Assembly (NCBI RefSeq): GCF_004010195.1
Contig: NC_057749.1
Span: forward strand, 6,012,862-6,076,861
Reading direction: 5' to 3'
Length of the DNA stretch: 64,000 bases
Origin: Chiloscyllium plagiosum
Taxonomy: Eukaryota
Shown: in pieces, positions 13,060 to 25,164 of the stretch
Layout: every line of letters begins with the position of its first letter
How positions within the stretch are numbered: position 1 is the first letter of the stretch
Notes under the pieces: model-generated
What the model was told of the DNA's origin: nothing
Database searches by the model: none
What the model saw: the letters and a program-made list of their open reading frames with translations, nothing else
Program-made: the position numbers and the translations under genes

Positions 13060-13890
13060 TGCCAGTGGGCCGAGGAGTGGCAGATGGAGTTTAATGTAGA
13101 TAAATATGAGGTGTTAAAACAAACCAGGGCAGGGCTTACACAGTTAATGGTAGGGCCCTGGGGAGCATTGTTGAACAGAGAGATCTAAGGGTGCAGGTAT
13201 ATAGTTCCCTTAAAATAGTGTCACAGGTAGACAAGGTGATGAAGGAGGTATTAGATACACTTGCCTTCATCCGTCAGAGCATTGATTACAGGAGTTGTGA
13301 CATCAAGTTGATGCTGGACAAATTATTGGTATGCTGCATTTGGAGTACTACATACAATTTCGATCACCTTGCCATAGGAAGGATGTAATTAAGCTGGAAA
13401 GGCTGCAAAAAAAAGATTTACAACGATGTTATCAAGACTGGAGGGTCTGAGTTATAAAAAGAGGCTGGATAGGCTGGGACTTCTATCCCTGGAGCACAGG
13501 AGACTGAGGAGTGACCTTATAAAGGTTTATAAAATCATGCAGAGTCTAGGTAAGGTGAATAGCTAATCTCTTTTCCCCGGGGTCGGGGAGTTGAAAAGTA
13601 GAGGGCACAGATTTAAAGTGAGAGGGAAAAGATTTAAAATGGACCCGAGAGACAATATTTTCACACAAGAGGTGGAACATACATGGAAGGAGCTGCCAGA
13701 GGAAGTGGTAGAGGTGGGAACAGTTACAACATTTAAAAGGTATTTGGACACGTACATGAATGGGTAAGGCTTAGAAGGGTATTGGTCAAACACAGGCAAA
13801 TGGCACAAGTTTTGTTTTGGAAACCTGGCCAGCATAGATGAGTTGGGCTGAAGGGTCTGTTTCTGTGCTGTATGACACAATGGCTCTATG
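13060..13890 (+). mobile_element. CR1/HER1 LINE 3' fragment, frameshifted
   Basis: WQMEFN..., LGVQVYSSLK, RLRSDLIKVYKIM and CR1 tail. Confidence 0.88.
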
Positions 13891-14184
13891 AAGGTACAGA
13901 ACCAGCATCGTTAGTATGGAGCAACTTTCTCATGAGGATTTGGTGCATTTTTGTCTCAGACATCAGGTGGGTATGGCTGAACAGATTTCCTCAGTTCAGA
14001 TTTGTAATGAACTTCCTCCACAGATGAACTCTTCCCCCTTATACTTACACCAATCTGTTCCAAAAGCTTTTGATTCAGAGCCTCATTGGCGCAGGGCAAT
14101 GGGGATGTGCCTGCACCCTTCCATTTGGCTCCTTTTGAGAGCTTTCAGTGCTCCCGAGGCTGCAACTGATCCATATAGAATTAG

Positions 14185-14391
14185 TACAGGTCGTTCAGCT
14201 ATAACTCGCGTTTTGTTAACACAGATTCACTGTAATGTGATTGACAAACTGGGGACACTGTTTCTAAAGCATGAATTCTTAAAACATGTAGTGGCTGAAA
14301 CGCGAATACATCGCCAACAAATTAAGCGATTTTTCTATAATGCAGGATTGCACAAGAGTGCAACTATCGTGTTCTCAAAGAACTGCCATGT
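14185..14391. mobile_element. Possible degenerate Tc1/mariner (Tigger-like) MITE
   Basis: Begins TA|CAGGTCGTTCAGCTATAAC; weak complementary end tcgtgttctcaaagaactgccatgt. Confidence 0.35.
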
Positions 14392-15432
14392 GCCCCACAT
14401 AGGTACTGAACCAGAGAGATAAAAAACAGTCTATTTTGTTATGTGTTCATTCAAACATTTCACACAAGCAATTTGGTTTACTGACATATTTTGAGGCCAC
14501 AAATAATTCTTATGCAGACTCCTAGACTGTACAGTGCATTTCGTCAAAAACAATATTATCTTTGCTCATTACCTGAACCACTTACAGAATTGGATGGAAG
14601 ACAGTGCTGCTGCTCAGTGCTCTGTTTCCCAGGTCTCTTAGAGTCACTTAGGCTTACTTGACTCATTCCTTCTTTCCCATTCTGTGGTAATTTCCCAGCT
14701 ACTCCAGAACTCTGTCTTATTTGTTGTTGAATTGACTTTGCACCTTGTCTGGAGGAGTGTGTGGCTCTCATTGAAAGTGACGTGGAATTTCAATGCGAAA
14801 TCTATTTGGAATCAAATACACCAGGCGGGGAGGAAATGATAGTTAAAGCAGGCTATTCAGAGGCTGTGAATGCAAGACATGCAAGAAGCCCTCTTTGTGG
14901 TCAGTTCAAGAGGTAGCAATATTGCCAACTTGGCTTAAAAATGGCATTTCAACTGATGGTTGAATGGCAGTAAAGTGACAAAGGAGGTTTGATGATGGCA
15001 CACTGTAGAGTTTGAGGTGATTAATATCACGCTAGCCAAAGGAAAATAAGCCTAGAGGAAATGAAAAGGGATGAACCCAACTTAACCTGTGACTCAGGTG
15101 AACTTGTATGTGGTAACACGTTCCTGACAGGAATCAAACTTGCAGGCATGACAGATCAACAATGTGTGGTCAGTATTTCTCAGTGGGTTGGACTCTTGTG
15201 TCGGAATCTGAAAGTTCTGGTTTCAAGCCGGACTCCAGAACGTACTGAAATCTAGGCTGACTCTCCAGCGCAGTAGCGAGGGAATGCTGCATTGTGGGAT
15301 GAGATGAGATGTCAAACTCAGTCCTAATCTGCCCTCTCAGTTCGATGCATTAGTTTCCATTTTAAAGAATAGAAGGTACCTCCCTGGAGTCAGCTTGGCC
15401 AGTACTTATTCCTTGTTACATTCAATTGAATA

Positions 15433-15615
15433 AAGTCAGCAGTCACACAACACCAGGTTAAAGTGCAACAGGTTTATTTGAAATCACAAGCTTTTGGAGC
15501 ACTCCTTCATTGTCAGGTTCACCTAAATGAATAAACCTGTTGGACTATAGCCTGGTGTCATGTGACTTCAGACTTTATCCACCCCAGTGCAACAACGGCA
15601 CATCCACATCATCAC
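15433..15615. mobile_element. Penelope family A inverted cassette
   Basis: acaccaggttaaagtgcaacaggtttatt versus aataaacctgttggactatagcctggtgt; flanked by TTCAATTGAATA (15421-15432) and TTCAACTGAATA (15616-15627). Confidence 0.7.
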
Positions 15616-16274
15616 TTCAACTGAATAGGTACCCCTTTACTTTAATTCCTTTGTTTGGATACAAAAAATATTTGGTTTCTTCATAGCACAATTCAATTTA
15701 ACTGTAGGTCATTCTTTCAAAATTAAGAAATCAACTACGTGGTTTTCTCGAGTGAACTCTCAGAGCAGTAATAAAACACAACAGCAAATGCATGCACAAG
15801 CAGCGGTGAAAGGTTTATAAAGGAGAGAGTGTGTGGTGCATAAAGGAAGACAAAAGACTATACAACTGAGCATAGTGATCTTAACACGCGGTTACAATCA
15901 GACCAGCCATAATTTTATTGAATAGCAGGACAGGTTGAAGTAGTTGAGCTACCTACTCGTATATACATATGTTTAGATGTTGGAGGTGTTAAGTCTGTCT
16001 CAATACCTGGCAGATATAAAACAGATGAGATGTGTTGTTCCAATTGTTGAGATAGGCCTCGCTGGACTTCTTATGTGATTCTGCCATAAATCTCAGCATG
16101 GCCACCTCACCTGGGCCCCTAAAGGATTTTATCCAAGTTAACTTTGACTCAGACTATTCATGTTTACTGATGGTTTTGTGGCTCAACTCATAGTCAGCTG
16201 AACTTTGCATCTGTGTTGCGCTTTCGTTTGCCAATACTATTTTAAGTCCATGAATGTACCCAGATATTTGTATC

Positions 16275-16606
16275 ATAGATTTCCTGAAGTGCAGATGAGG
16301 TCATTTGGCCCATCAAACCTACCCCAACTCTCAAAAGAACATCCTACCCAGACCCCACCCTGACCCACTTCCCCACTCTATCCCCATAACCCCCATTTAC
16401 CATGGTTAATGCACCTAGCCTTAGACCCTTGGACACTACAGGGGAATTTCGAACAGTAAATCTACCTAACATTTGTGATACTATGCAAGGAAATCAGAGC
16501 ACATGGCAAAAATTCATGTAGACAAGAGGATAACTTGTAAACTCCACACAAACGCTGGAACCCAACGCTGGAATCGAACCAGGGTTCTTGGCACTGTGAG
16601 ACAGCA
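16275..16606 (-). mobile_element. Old HE1-type SINE, 5' end cut by the adjacent CR1
   Basis: Degenerate core and tail; head stops at gcactgtgagacagca. Confidence 0.65.
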
Positions 16607-16733
16607 TAGAGTCTTAGAGTCATACAAGAAGGAAACAGATCCTTAGGTCCAACCATTCCTTGCTGACTATAATCCCAAACTAAACTAGTCCCACCTCCCT
16701 GCACTTAGGCCATATTCTGTCAAACATTTCTTA

Positions 16734-17060
16734 GGTTAGATTAGATTCCCTACAGTGTGGAAACAGGACCTTCATCCCAACAAGTCCATACCACTCTCCG
16801 TAGAGTAACCCACCCACACTCATTTCCCTACTTTACCCCTGACTAATACACCTAACACTATGGAGCAATTTCCCATGGCCAATCCACCTAACCTGCACAT
16901 CTTTTGGAATGTGGGAGGGAACCAGAGCATCCAGAGGAAACCCACACCGACACGGGGAGAATGTACAAGCTCCACACAGACAGTCGCCTGTGGTCGGAAT
17001 CAAATCTGGGTCCCTAGCGCTGTGAGGCAACAGTGCTAACCACTGAGCCACTGTACTGTC
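16734..17060 (-). mobile_element. HE1-type SINE inserted in CR1
   Basis: Full length, (TCTAA)n tail, short CTTA duplication at 16730-16733 and 17061-17064. Confidence 0.85.
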
Positions 17061-17186
17061 CTTATTCATGTACTTTTCTAAATGTCTTTTAAATGTTGTA
17101 ACTGTATCCGTGTCTACCATTCCCCCTGGAAGTTCATTCCACATGCAAACCACTTCCTGTTGAAAGAAATTATCCCTCATATCTTT

Positions 17187-17506
17187 AGATTAGAATAGAT
17201 TCCCTACAGTGTGGAAACAGGCTATTCGGCCCAACCAGTCCACACCAACCCTCTGAAGAGTAACCCACCCAGCCCCATTTCCCTCTGACTAATGTACCTA
17301 ACACTACGGGCAATTTAGCATGGCTAATCCACCCTAACCTGCACATCTTTGGACAGTGGGAGGAAACCGGAGCACCCGGAGGAAACCCACGCAGACACGG
17401 GGAGGATGTGCAAACTCCACACAGACAGTCGCCTGAGGCTGGAATCGAATCTGGGACCCTGGTGCTGTGAGGTAGTGGTGCTAACCACCGAGCCACCATG
17501 TCACCC
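17187..17506 (-). mobile_element. HE1-type SINE, the 3' module of the tRNA-tRNA-SINE chimera
   Basis: Full length, from GGGTGACATGGTGGCTCGGTGGTTAG to the GGAATCTATTCTAATCT tail. Confidence 0.9.
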
Positions 17507-17526
17507 TCAAATAAAGTGAGCTTCAG

Positions 17527-17591
17527 TGAGCCTAACGTGATTTGAACACACAATCTTCTGATCTGGAGTCAGATGCACTGCCGTTGTGCCA
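17527..17591 (-). pseudogene. tRNA-Trp(CCA)-derived copy lacking its first 7 nt
   Basis: Minus strand TGGCACAACGGCAGTGCATCTGACTCCAGATCAGAAGATTGTGTGTTCAAATCACGTTAGGCTCA matches vertebrate tRNA-Trp from nt 8 onward. Anticodon arm TCTGA-CTCCAGA-TCAGA is intact. Confidence 0.88.
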
Positions 17592-17602
17592 AAAGCGAAT
17601 GT

Positions 17603-17684
17603 TGGCAATAGTGGGATTTGAACCCACGCCTCCAAAGAAACTGAAACCGTAATCCAGCATCTTAGACCATTCGGCCACACTACC
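17603..17684 (-). pseudogene. tRNA-Leu(AAG-family)-derived copy, 82 nt, anticodon position reads ACG
   Basis: Minus strand GGTAGTGTGGCCGAATGGTCTAAGATGCTGGATTACGGTTTCAGTTTCTTTGGAGGCGTGGGTTCAAATCCCACTATTGCCA is colinear with vertebrate tRNA-Leu (GGTAGCGTGGCCGAGCGGTCTAAGG...GGGTTCGAATCCCACCGCTGCCA). T-arm intact, D-stem damaged, CpG-decay pattern. Confidence 0.88.
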
Positions 17685-18301
17685 ATACAATGTTAGATCT
17701 TTTTAAAATCTTTCTCCCTTCACCTTAAAAATATGTCCCCTAGTCTTGAAATGCCCCACCCCAGGGAGAAGGCAACTGCCATTCACGTTATTTATCCCCC
17801 TCATGATTTAATAAACTTCTATAAGATCATCCCTCAACCTCCTACCCTCCAGCCTATCCAGCCTCTCCCCATAACTCAAACCCTCCATTCACAGCAACAT
17901 CCTGTCAAGCTTTTCTGAACCCTTGCCAGCTGAAAAATGTCCTTCTTATAAAAAAAAAGGGAGGCCAGAACTGAACACAGTATTCCAGAAGAGGTTCCGT
18001 CAATATGTTGTTCAGCCTTAACATGACGTCCCAACTCCGATACTCAAAGGTCTGAGTGATAAAGGCAAGTGTGCTAAACAACACCTTAACCACCCTGTCT
18101 ATATGTGATGTAAACTTCAAAGAATTATGTACCAGAACCTCCTTTCTGTTCCACAACACCACTAAAGGCCTTACTTTTAATTGTATAGGTCCTGCCCTTG
18201 TTTGTTTTACCAAAGAGCAATACCTTGCGTTTATCCCAATTAAACTCCACCTGACACTCTTCAGCCCATTGACCCAATTGATCAGGATCTCTTTGTAATT
18301 A

Positions 18302-18849
18302 ACAGCTAACCCGAGAATGCAACTTTTAAAAAAAGGTTTTGTGATTTACACATGAAAGAAGTGAAACTATCACTGTAATGGGCGGCACGGTGGCACAGTG
18401 GTTAGCACTGCTGCCTCACAGCGCCTGAGACCCGGGTTCAATTCCCGCCTCAGGCGACTGACTGTGTGGAGTTTGCACGTTCTCCCCGTGTCTGCGTGGG
18501 TTTCCTCCGGGTGCTCCGGTTTCCTCCCACAGTCCAAAGATGTGCAGGGTCAGGTGAATTGGCCATGCTAAATTGCCCGTAGTGTTAGGTAAGGGGTAAA
18601 TGTAGGGGTATGGGTGGGTTTCGCTTCGGCGGGTCGGTGTGGACTTGTTGGGCCGAAGGGCCTGTTTCCACACTGTAATGTAATCTAAATCTAAATGTAT
18701 TCCAACAGATGAAAGGCTTAACAGACAATCAATTTTTCAAGGTATAATTTCAGTTACATCACACTGCAAATTTTTGCTATAAATTCTGTGTTACGATCGA
18801 GCCCCCCACTATCACCAAGGGACTATAACCTGGTGTTGTGTGATTTTTA
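18302..18849 (+). mobile_element. Penelope family A 3' fragment inserted in CR1 and itself split by a SINE
   Basis: Homologous to 39180-39586; 12-bp TSD TCTTTGTAATTA at 18290-18301 and 18850-18861. Confidence 0.75.
18380..18695 (+). mobile_element. Young, CpG-rich HE1-type SINE
   Basis: GGGCGGCACGGTGGCACAGTGGTTAG head with A/B boxes, CpGs retained, TAATCTAAATCTAAA tail, TGTA duplication. Confidence 0.92.
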
Positions 18850-19677
18850 TCTTTGTAATTAGGTAACCTTCTTCTATGTCCACTAATACCGCCAATCTTG
18901 GTGTCATCTGCAAATTTACTGACCATTGACCACTGCACCAGTTGATGGAAGTCGAAAACTAATTACCACTATGTTAGCACCCTGAATCACTAAGATGGAT
19001 TATTTCTGCATTATGTCACTTGTGCAACCTTGTTGAATTTTACAAGTGTCTCATTTCACAAGTTGGTTGCAAAGTGCACATCCTGAGGGCACGACAAGCA
19101 TGACATGAATACCTTTGTTTTTAATAATTTCAATTGATAGTTGGAAAGCCTCTCAAATTGTTGGGGCAAGTAAATTATGTTTACTGAATTTATTTATCCT
19201 TGTTCTGAACATGACTTGCAAAACCTGCTATTTCAACTCTGAATGAATTGGAAACCTAATACAGCACATACTAATTGTTTCTGTGCCTTAACAATTGGCA
19301 GTAACTAAAGGGCTATGTGGATTCCTAAACAATGACTTTTCTGAGGAATTGGTTCATTGTCAGTTTCAGAGGCAAACTGGTTCTTTACCATGACATGAAA
19401 TTAACCTTGCCTTGATCTGTGGGAAAGAACCATGCCTACTTCCTCATGATTAATGTGCAGCAATCAGTGAGCATGAGTGATGAGGCTATAAGTGTGTTGT
19501 GACTCATTCAGTCACTGTTTATGGAAAAAAAATGTCACATCACAACCATCTTAAGTGAGCACATAGAAGGCACTGATAAGTTTCAACATGGGACAACAGA
19601 TTGAGGGAAGGAGTGCGTGTATAGAATGAGCTGCCAGAGGAAGTGGTGGAGGCTGCTACAATTACAACATTTAAAAG

Positions 19678-19891
19678 CCATGATGTGGAGGAGCAGGTGT
19701 TGGACTGGGGTGGGCAAAGTTAAAAATCACACAACACCAGGTTATAGTCCAACAGGTTTATTTGGAAGTACTGGCTTTCGAAGTGCTGCTCCTTCATCAG
19801 GTGATTGTCACCACTTGATGAAAGAGCAGCGCTCCGAAAGCTAGTGCTTCCAAATAAGCCTGTTGGACTATAACCTGGCGTGTGTGATTTT
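19678..19891. mobile_element. Penelope family A fold-back cassette inside a CR1 3' end (about 19610-20045, +)
   Basis: Inverted arms of about 80 bp, each with a hammerhead-like core; 13-bp TSD CAACATTTAAAAG at 19665-19677 and 19892-19904. Confidence 0.85.
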
Positions 19892-20329
19892 CAACATTTA
19901 AAAGGCAAATGGATGGGTAAATGAATAGGAAGGGTTTAGAGGGATATGGGCCAAGTGTGGGCAAATGGAATTGGATTAGGTTGGGATATCTGGTTGGCAT
20001 GGACGAGTTGGACTGAAGGGTCTGTTTCCATGCTGTACATCTCTATGTTAAGTACAATTTTGCTTTCTGTTAACATCCCTTCAATAGATTATCTAGTTAT
20101 TATCACATTGCTATCTATAGGAACTTGCTGTGCTCACAGGAGCTCACATGCATCCTTCACAAAAACAACTGCAAAAGCTCTTAATTGGCTATAATACAAC
20201 ATTGGGATGCCCTCAGTTCATGAAAGGTACTAAATAAATGCAAGGCTTTCTTTTAGTGGTTTCTTAACTCTCATTCTGTTTTTTTTTTCAAACCAGGTAC
20301 TGTTACTGGTTGTCTCCCTTTTCATACTC

Positions 20330-21960
20330 AAAGAGATGTACAACATGGAAACAGACCTTTTGGTCCAACTCACCCATGCCGACCAGTTATCCAAAATTAA
20401 TCCAGCCCCATTAACCAGCATTTGCCTCATAACCCTCTAAGCCCATCTTATTCATATACCCACCCAGATGCCTTTTGAATGTTGTAATTGTACCAGCCCC
20501 CATCACTTCCTCTGGCAGCTCATTCCATACACGTACCACCCTCTGCGTGAAACAGTTGCCTCTAACATATGAGGAACGGCTGAGGATACTGGGATTGTAT
20601 TCGTTGGAGTTTAGAAGCTTAAGGGGAGACTTAATAGAGGCGTACAAAATAATACATGGCTTGGAAAAGGTGGATGCTAGGAAATTGTTTCAGTTAAACG
20701 AGGAGACTAGGACCCGTGGACACAGCCTTAGAATTAGAGGGGGTCATTTCAGAACAGAAATGCGGAGACATTTCTTCAACCAGAGAGTGGTGGGCCTGTG
20801 GAATTCATTGCCACGGAGTGCAGTGGAAGCCGGGACGCTAAATGTCTTCAAGGCCGAGATTGATAGATTCTTGTTGTCTAGAGGAATTAAGGGCTACGGG
20901 GAGAACGCTGGTAAGTGGAGCTGAAATGCGCATCAGCCATGATTGAATGGCGGAGTGGACTCGATGGGCCGAATGGCCTTACTTCCACTCCTATGTCTTA
21001 TGGTCTTATGGTCTTATTCCTTTTAAATCTTTCCTCTCTCAGCTTAAGCATATACCTCTAGTTCTGGACTCCCCCACCCCAGGGAAAAGACATTGTCTAT
21101 TCACCTTATCCATGCTCCACATGGTTTTATAAACATCTGCAAGGTCATCCCTCAGACTCCGACACTCCAGGGAAATAGCTCCAATCTATTCAACCACTCC
21201 CTAGAGCTCAAACCCTCCAACCTTGGCAACATCCTTGTGAAGCTTTTCTGAACCTTTACATGTTTCACAACATCCTTCCTATAGCAAGGATACCAAAATT
21301 GAATGTAGTATTCCAACAGTGGCCTAACCAGTGGTTTGTGCAGCCACAACATGGCCTACCAACTCCTACACTCAATGTACTGACCAATAAAGGCAAACAT
21401 ATCAAATGCCTTCTTCACTATCCTATCTAACTGCAACTCCACTTTCAAGGAGCTATGAACCTGCACTCCAAGGACTCTTTGCTCAGCTACACTCCCAGGA
21501 CATTATCATTAAGTATATAAGTCCTGCTCAGATTTGCCTTTCCAAAATGTAGCATCTCACATTTATCTAAATTAAATTCCATCTGCCACTCCTCAAGATC
21601 TTGTTGTACTCTGAAGTAAACTTACTGTCCAGTACGTCTCCAATTTTGGTGTCATATGCAAACTTACTAACCATACTTCCTCTGCTCACATTCAAATCAT
21701 TTATATAAATGATGAAAAACAGTGAAATCAGCATCAAACCCTTGTGGCACACCACTGGTCACAGGCCTCCAGTCAGAAAAGCAACCCTCCACCACCACCA
21801 ACAACCTGCCCACAACCGATGTCAGACTCTAGTGGCCTATATTACCCTGGCTTTTCCTTACCACTTTGCTTAAATAATGGAACCACATTAGCCAATCTCC
21901 AATCTTCCGGCACCTCACCTATGGCTATTGATGATAGAAATATCTCAGCAAGGGCCCCAG
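20330..21960 (-). mobile_element. CR1/HER1 LINE fragments, interrupted
   Basis: ORFs with LVRPLLEYYIQFW, KFAYDTKIG (degenerate FADD) and GEVPEDWRLANVVPLFK. Confidence 0.85.
20562..21016 (+). mobile_element. Young CR1-clade LINE 3' end (different subfamily) inserted antisense into an older CR1
   Basis: Uninterrupted LTYEERLRILGLYSLEFRSLRGDLIEAYKI...GKWS*, 3' stem-loop and (TATGGTCT)n tail. Confidence 0.9.
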
Positions 21961-23352
21961 CAAACACTTCCCTTGCTTCCCACAGAGGTTTAGGATACAC
22001 CTGATAAGGACCCAAGGATTTATCCACATTAATGTGTCCTTTAAGAGTGTAGAAATAATAAAAATCTAAATGTTTTGTCACCCAACACTTCAAGTTGGAC
22101 TTTACCCAACCGTCTTAATAGCATGAGAAAAGATTCCAGAAGCTTCTATCTGCCCAGAAACTCTGAATATTTATATAATGTCATGTTCTCCATTATATAT
22201 CCTAGACTAGTTGAATTTCTTGGTCTGATGGTTTTAATGATGAGAGATCATTGTTCCCCCAGAGTATTCAATTACCTCAAACTAAATGTACTTGCATTAT
22301 TGACTGTTTAATGCATAATTAATCGTTTAACTACCTACTGCATAAAAGATATTTAATGAATAGATACAAATACTTAAAAAATCTTTACTTTCAAATCAAT
22401 AAAATGGTGTCTATGTTACAATAGCGTGATCAATAATTTCTGATACCTTATATTGGCTTGCATTTCCCCTTTAATTCCCCCTGATACTTGACTCCACTTT
22501 TGTCTACTTTTAGGGCTCTTTCAATTTGGGTGGTACTGACATTTCCTTGTTGGGTGCAGGCAATATCAGACTCACCCCGGGGAAAAGACCTTGTCTATTT
22601 ACCCTATCCATGCCCCTCATGATTTTATGAACATCTGTAAGGTCACCCCTCAGCCTCCAACACTCCAGGGAAAATAGCCCCAATCTATTCAACCACTCCC
22701 TAGAACTCAAACCCTCAAACCCTGGCCTGTGATAAACCAAGTGGAGTTATATAGAATTGAAGGAGGCTATTCAGCTCAAGAAAGCTATGAAGATTATATT
22801 AACAGCTATCCACTCCCTTACTACTTTCCCATTATCTGAAAATCTTTTCTCTTCTCCATTTCCATCTGGAAAGTTTTGATTGAATCTGCTTCCTTTACTC
22901 TTTCATGGAGCATATTTCAGATCAAATCAATGCACAACAACCAATAATTTATCTTCATCTGACTCCTTATATCTGAAGCAATGAAGAGATCCCCAAATAA
23001 GACAATGATTCTGCACTTTTCAGTCACAACATGCCACACTTACTTTGCTTTTTTTTTTATTGGATGTAGGCATCAATGACAAGGTCAGCTTTTGTCACCC
23101 ATTCCTAATTGCCCTTGGACTGATTGGTATGTCAGTTTGAAGCCCTGAAGAGTCAATCACATTGCCATGAGTCTCAAGTCAAATGTAGGCCAGACCAGGT
23201 AGGGATGGCAGATTGTAGCTATCTTTGCTAAAGGAGATTAGCGAACCTGATGGAGTTGGATGACTATCAATGATAGATTCATGGTCACTGTCAATCAGAC
23301 TAGATTTATATTCCAGATTAGAAATTGGTGGGATTTGAACCCGTGCCCAAAT

Positions 23353-23678
23353 GGGCGGTGCAGTGCCTCAGTGGTTAACACTGCTGCATCAGAGCGTCAG
23401 GGACCCGGGTTCAATTCCAAGTTGGGCGACTGTGTGGAGCTTGCACATTCTCCCCCTATCTGTGCAGGTTTCCTCCGGGTGCTGGTTTCCTCCCACAATC
23501 CAAAGGTATGTAGGTTAGGTGAATCGGCCATGCTAAATTGCCAAAATTGTTCAGGGATGCGTAGGCTAGATGCATTAGTCAGGGATAAATATAAGGTTGG
23601 GGAATGGGTTTGGGTGGGTTACTCTTCAGAGTGGACTTGTTGGGCTGAAGGGGCAGTTTCCATGCTGTAAGAATTCTA
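23353..23678 (+). mobile_element. HE1-type SINE inserted in the head of a second SINE family (about 23050-23720, -)
   Basis: Head, core and tail motifs; host SINE sequence resumes after it. Confidence 0.75.
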
Positions 23679-23834
23679 ATGTCTTCAGTGCATTACCTTG
23701 GACCTCTGAATTGTCAGGGGTGTGGCACCACCACTATGGCCCTGTCACCCCCTACTGGATCAATTACATGGAGCCATACAACATGGGAACCGACCTTAAA
23801 GGCCCAATTTGTCAATGCTGACCTGATTTCGTAA

Positions 23835-24835
23835 ATTTGGCCCATATTCCTGGAAACCCATCCTTTCCATGTAACTGTCCAAATGTCTTTGCATTGTTGT
23901 AATTGTACTAGCCTTCCTCTGGCAGCTCATTCCATACACACACCACCTTCTGTGTGAAAAAGTTGCCCCTCAGGTTCCTTTTAAATCTTTCCCCTCTCAA
24001 CTTAAACTTATGCCTTCTATTTTTGGACTTCCCTAATCTGGGGAAAAGACCTTGGCTATTCACCTTATCTGTATCCCTCATGATTTTATAAAACTCCATA
24101 GGTCATCCCTCAGCCTCCTAAACTCTAGGGGAAAAGGTCCCTGCCTATCTAAGCTCTCCTTATAACTCAAACTCTCTTGTCTCGGCAACACCCTTGTAAA
24201 TCTTTTTTGCATCCTTTCCAGTTTAACAACATCCTTCCTAGATGTAGCAGGGCAAACAGAGTGGTATGTAAAACTCCAAAAGTGGCCTTATCAATGTCTT
24301 GGACATCCATAACAAGACAGCTCAACTCCTATCATCAATGCTTTGACCAATGTAGACAAGCATGCCAATTGCCTCTTCACCATCCTGTCTACATGTAATG
24401 CCACTTTCAAAGATTTATGTACCTGCATCCTAAGGTTTCTCTATTCGACAACACTCCCCAGGGTCCTACTATTAACTATGTTAATAGAACTGCCCTGGTT
24501 AGCCTTACCAAAATGCAACACCTCACATTTATCTGAATTAAACTCCATCTAACATTCTTCCGCCCACTGGCCCAGTTAATCAAGATATACTTGATTTACT
24601 TAGATAATATATACTTAGACAACCTTGTTCATGTCCACTATACCACCAATTTTGATGTCACCTGCCAACTTACTAGCCATGCCTCCTATATTCTCATCCA
24701 AATAATTTTTATAAATGTTGAACAACAATGGACACAGCCCCGATCTCTGCAGAATACCACTGGTCACAGGCTTCCAGTCTGAACAACAATCCTCACCCAC
24801 CACCCTGTCTCCTACTATCAAGCCAAATTTGTATC
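23835..24835 (-). mobile_element. CR1/HER1 LINE fragment
   Basis: DWKPVTSG..Q.S.L.PLLF and KLAGDIKIGG (degenerate RT motifs), FFTQKVVCVWNELPEE. Confidence 0.85.
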
Positions 24836-25164
24836 TGATTAGCTAGATCTCTGTAGACATAAATATTGCATAGGATATAGAACACAGAAACAAGCCATTT
24901 ATCCTAAACAGTCCACACCAGCATTATGCTCCTCTTAACAATCAGGAACAACAATTAGTTTCCAAGTTACCTCAGCATTTGTTTACTCAGTTTACACGCA
25001 CACAGGGAGTATTGAACAGGATTTTATTTTAACATTTCTTCAGTTAAATTTCATTACACAATGTGGACTGACTGGCTTTAAAACAGTTCCTTCTCAGTAA
25101 ATGAGCAATGAACAGATGGATTTATTCTGGAAGTACTAGGATCTAGGAAAAAAATTATCAAACT

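Larger units (their letters stand above)
16607..18926 (-). mobile_element. CR1/HER1 LINE fragment interrupted by three insertions
   Basis: Colinear CR1 pieces at 16607-16733, 17061-17186, 17697-18301 and 18850-18926; ORF 17905-18213 contains PLLEYCVQFW. Confidence 0.85.

Noticed and set aside
13916..14422. 168-aa ORF
   Set aside because: No recognisable domain, it runs through a probable MITE, and there is no splice or codon evidence.
18380..18455. SINE heads as tRNA genes
   Set aside because: They have A/B boxes but continue straight into SINE core and tail, with no terminator.
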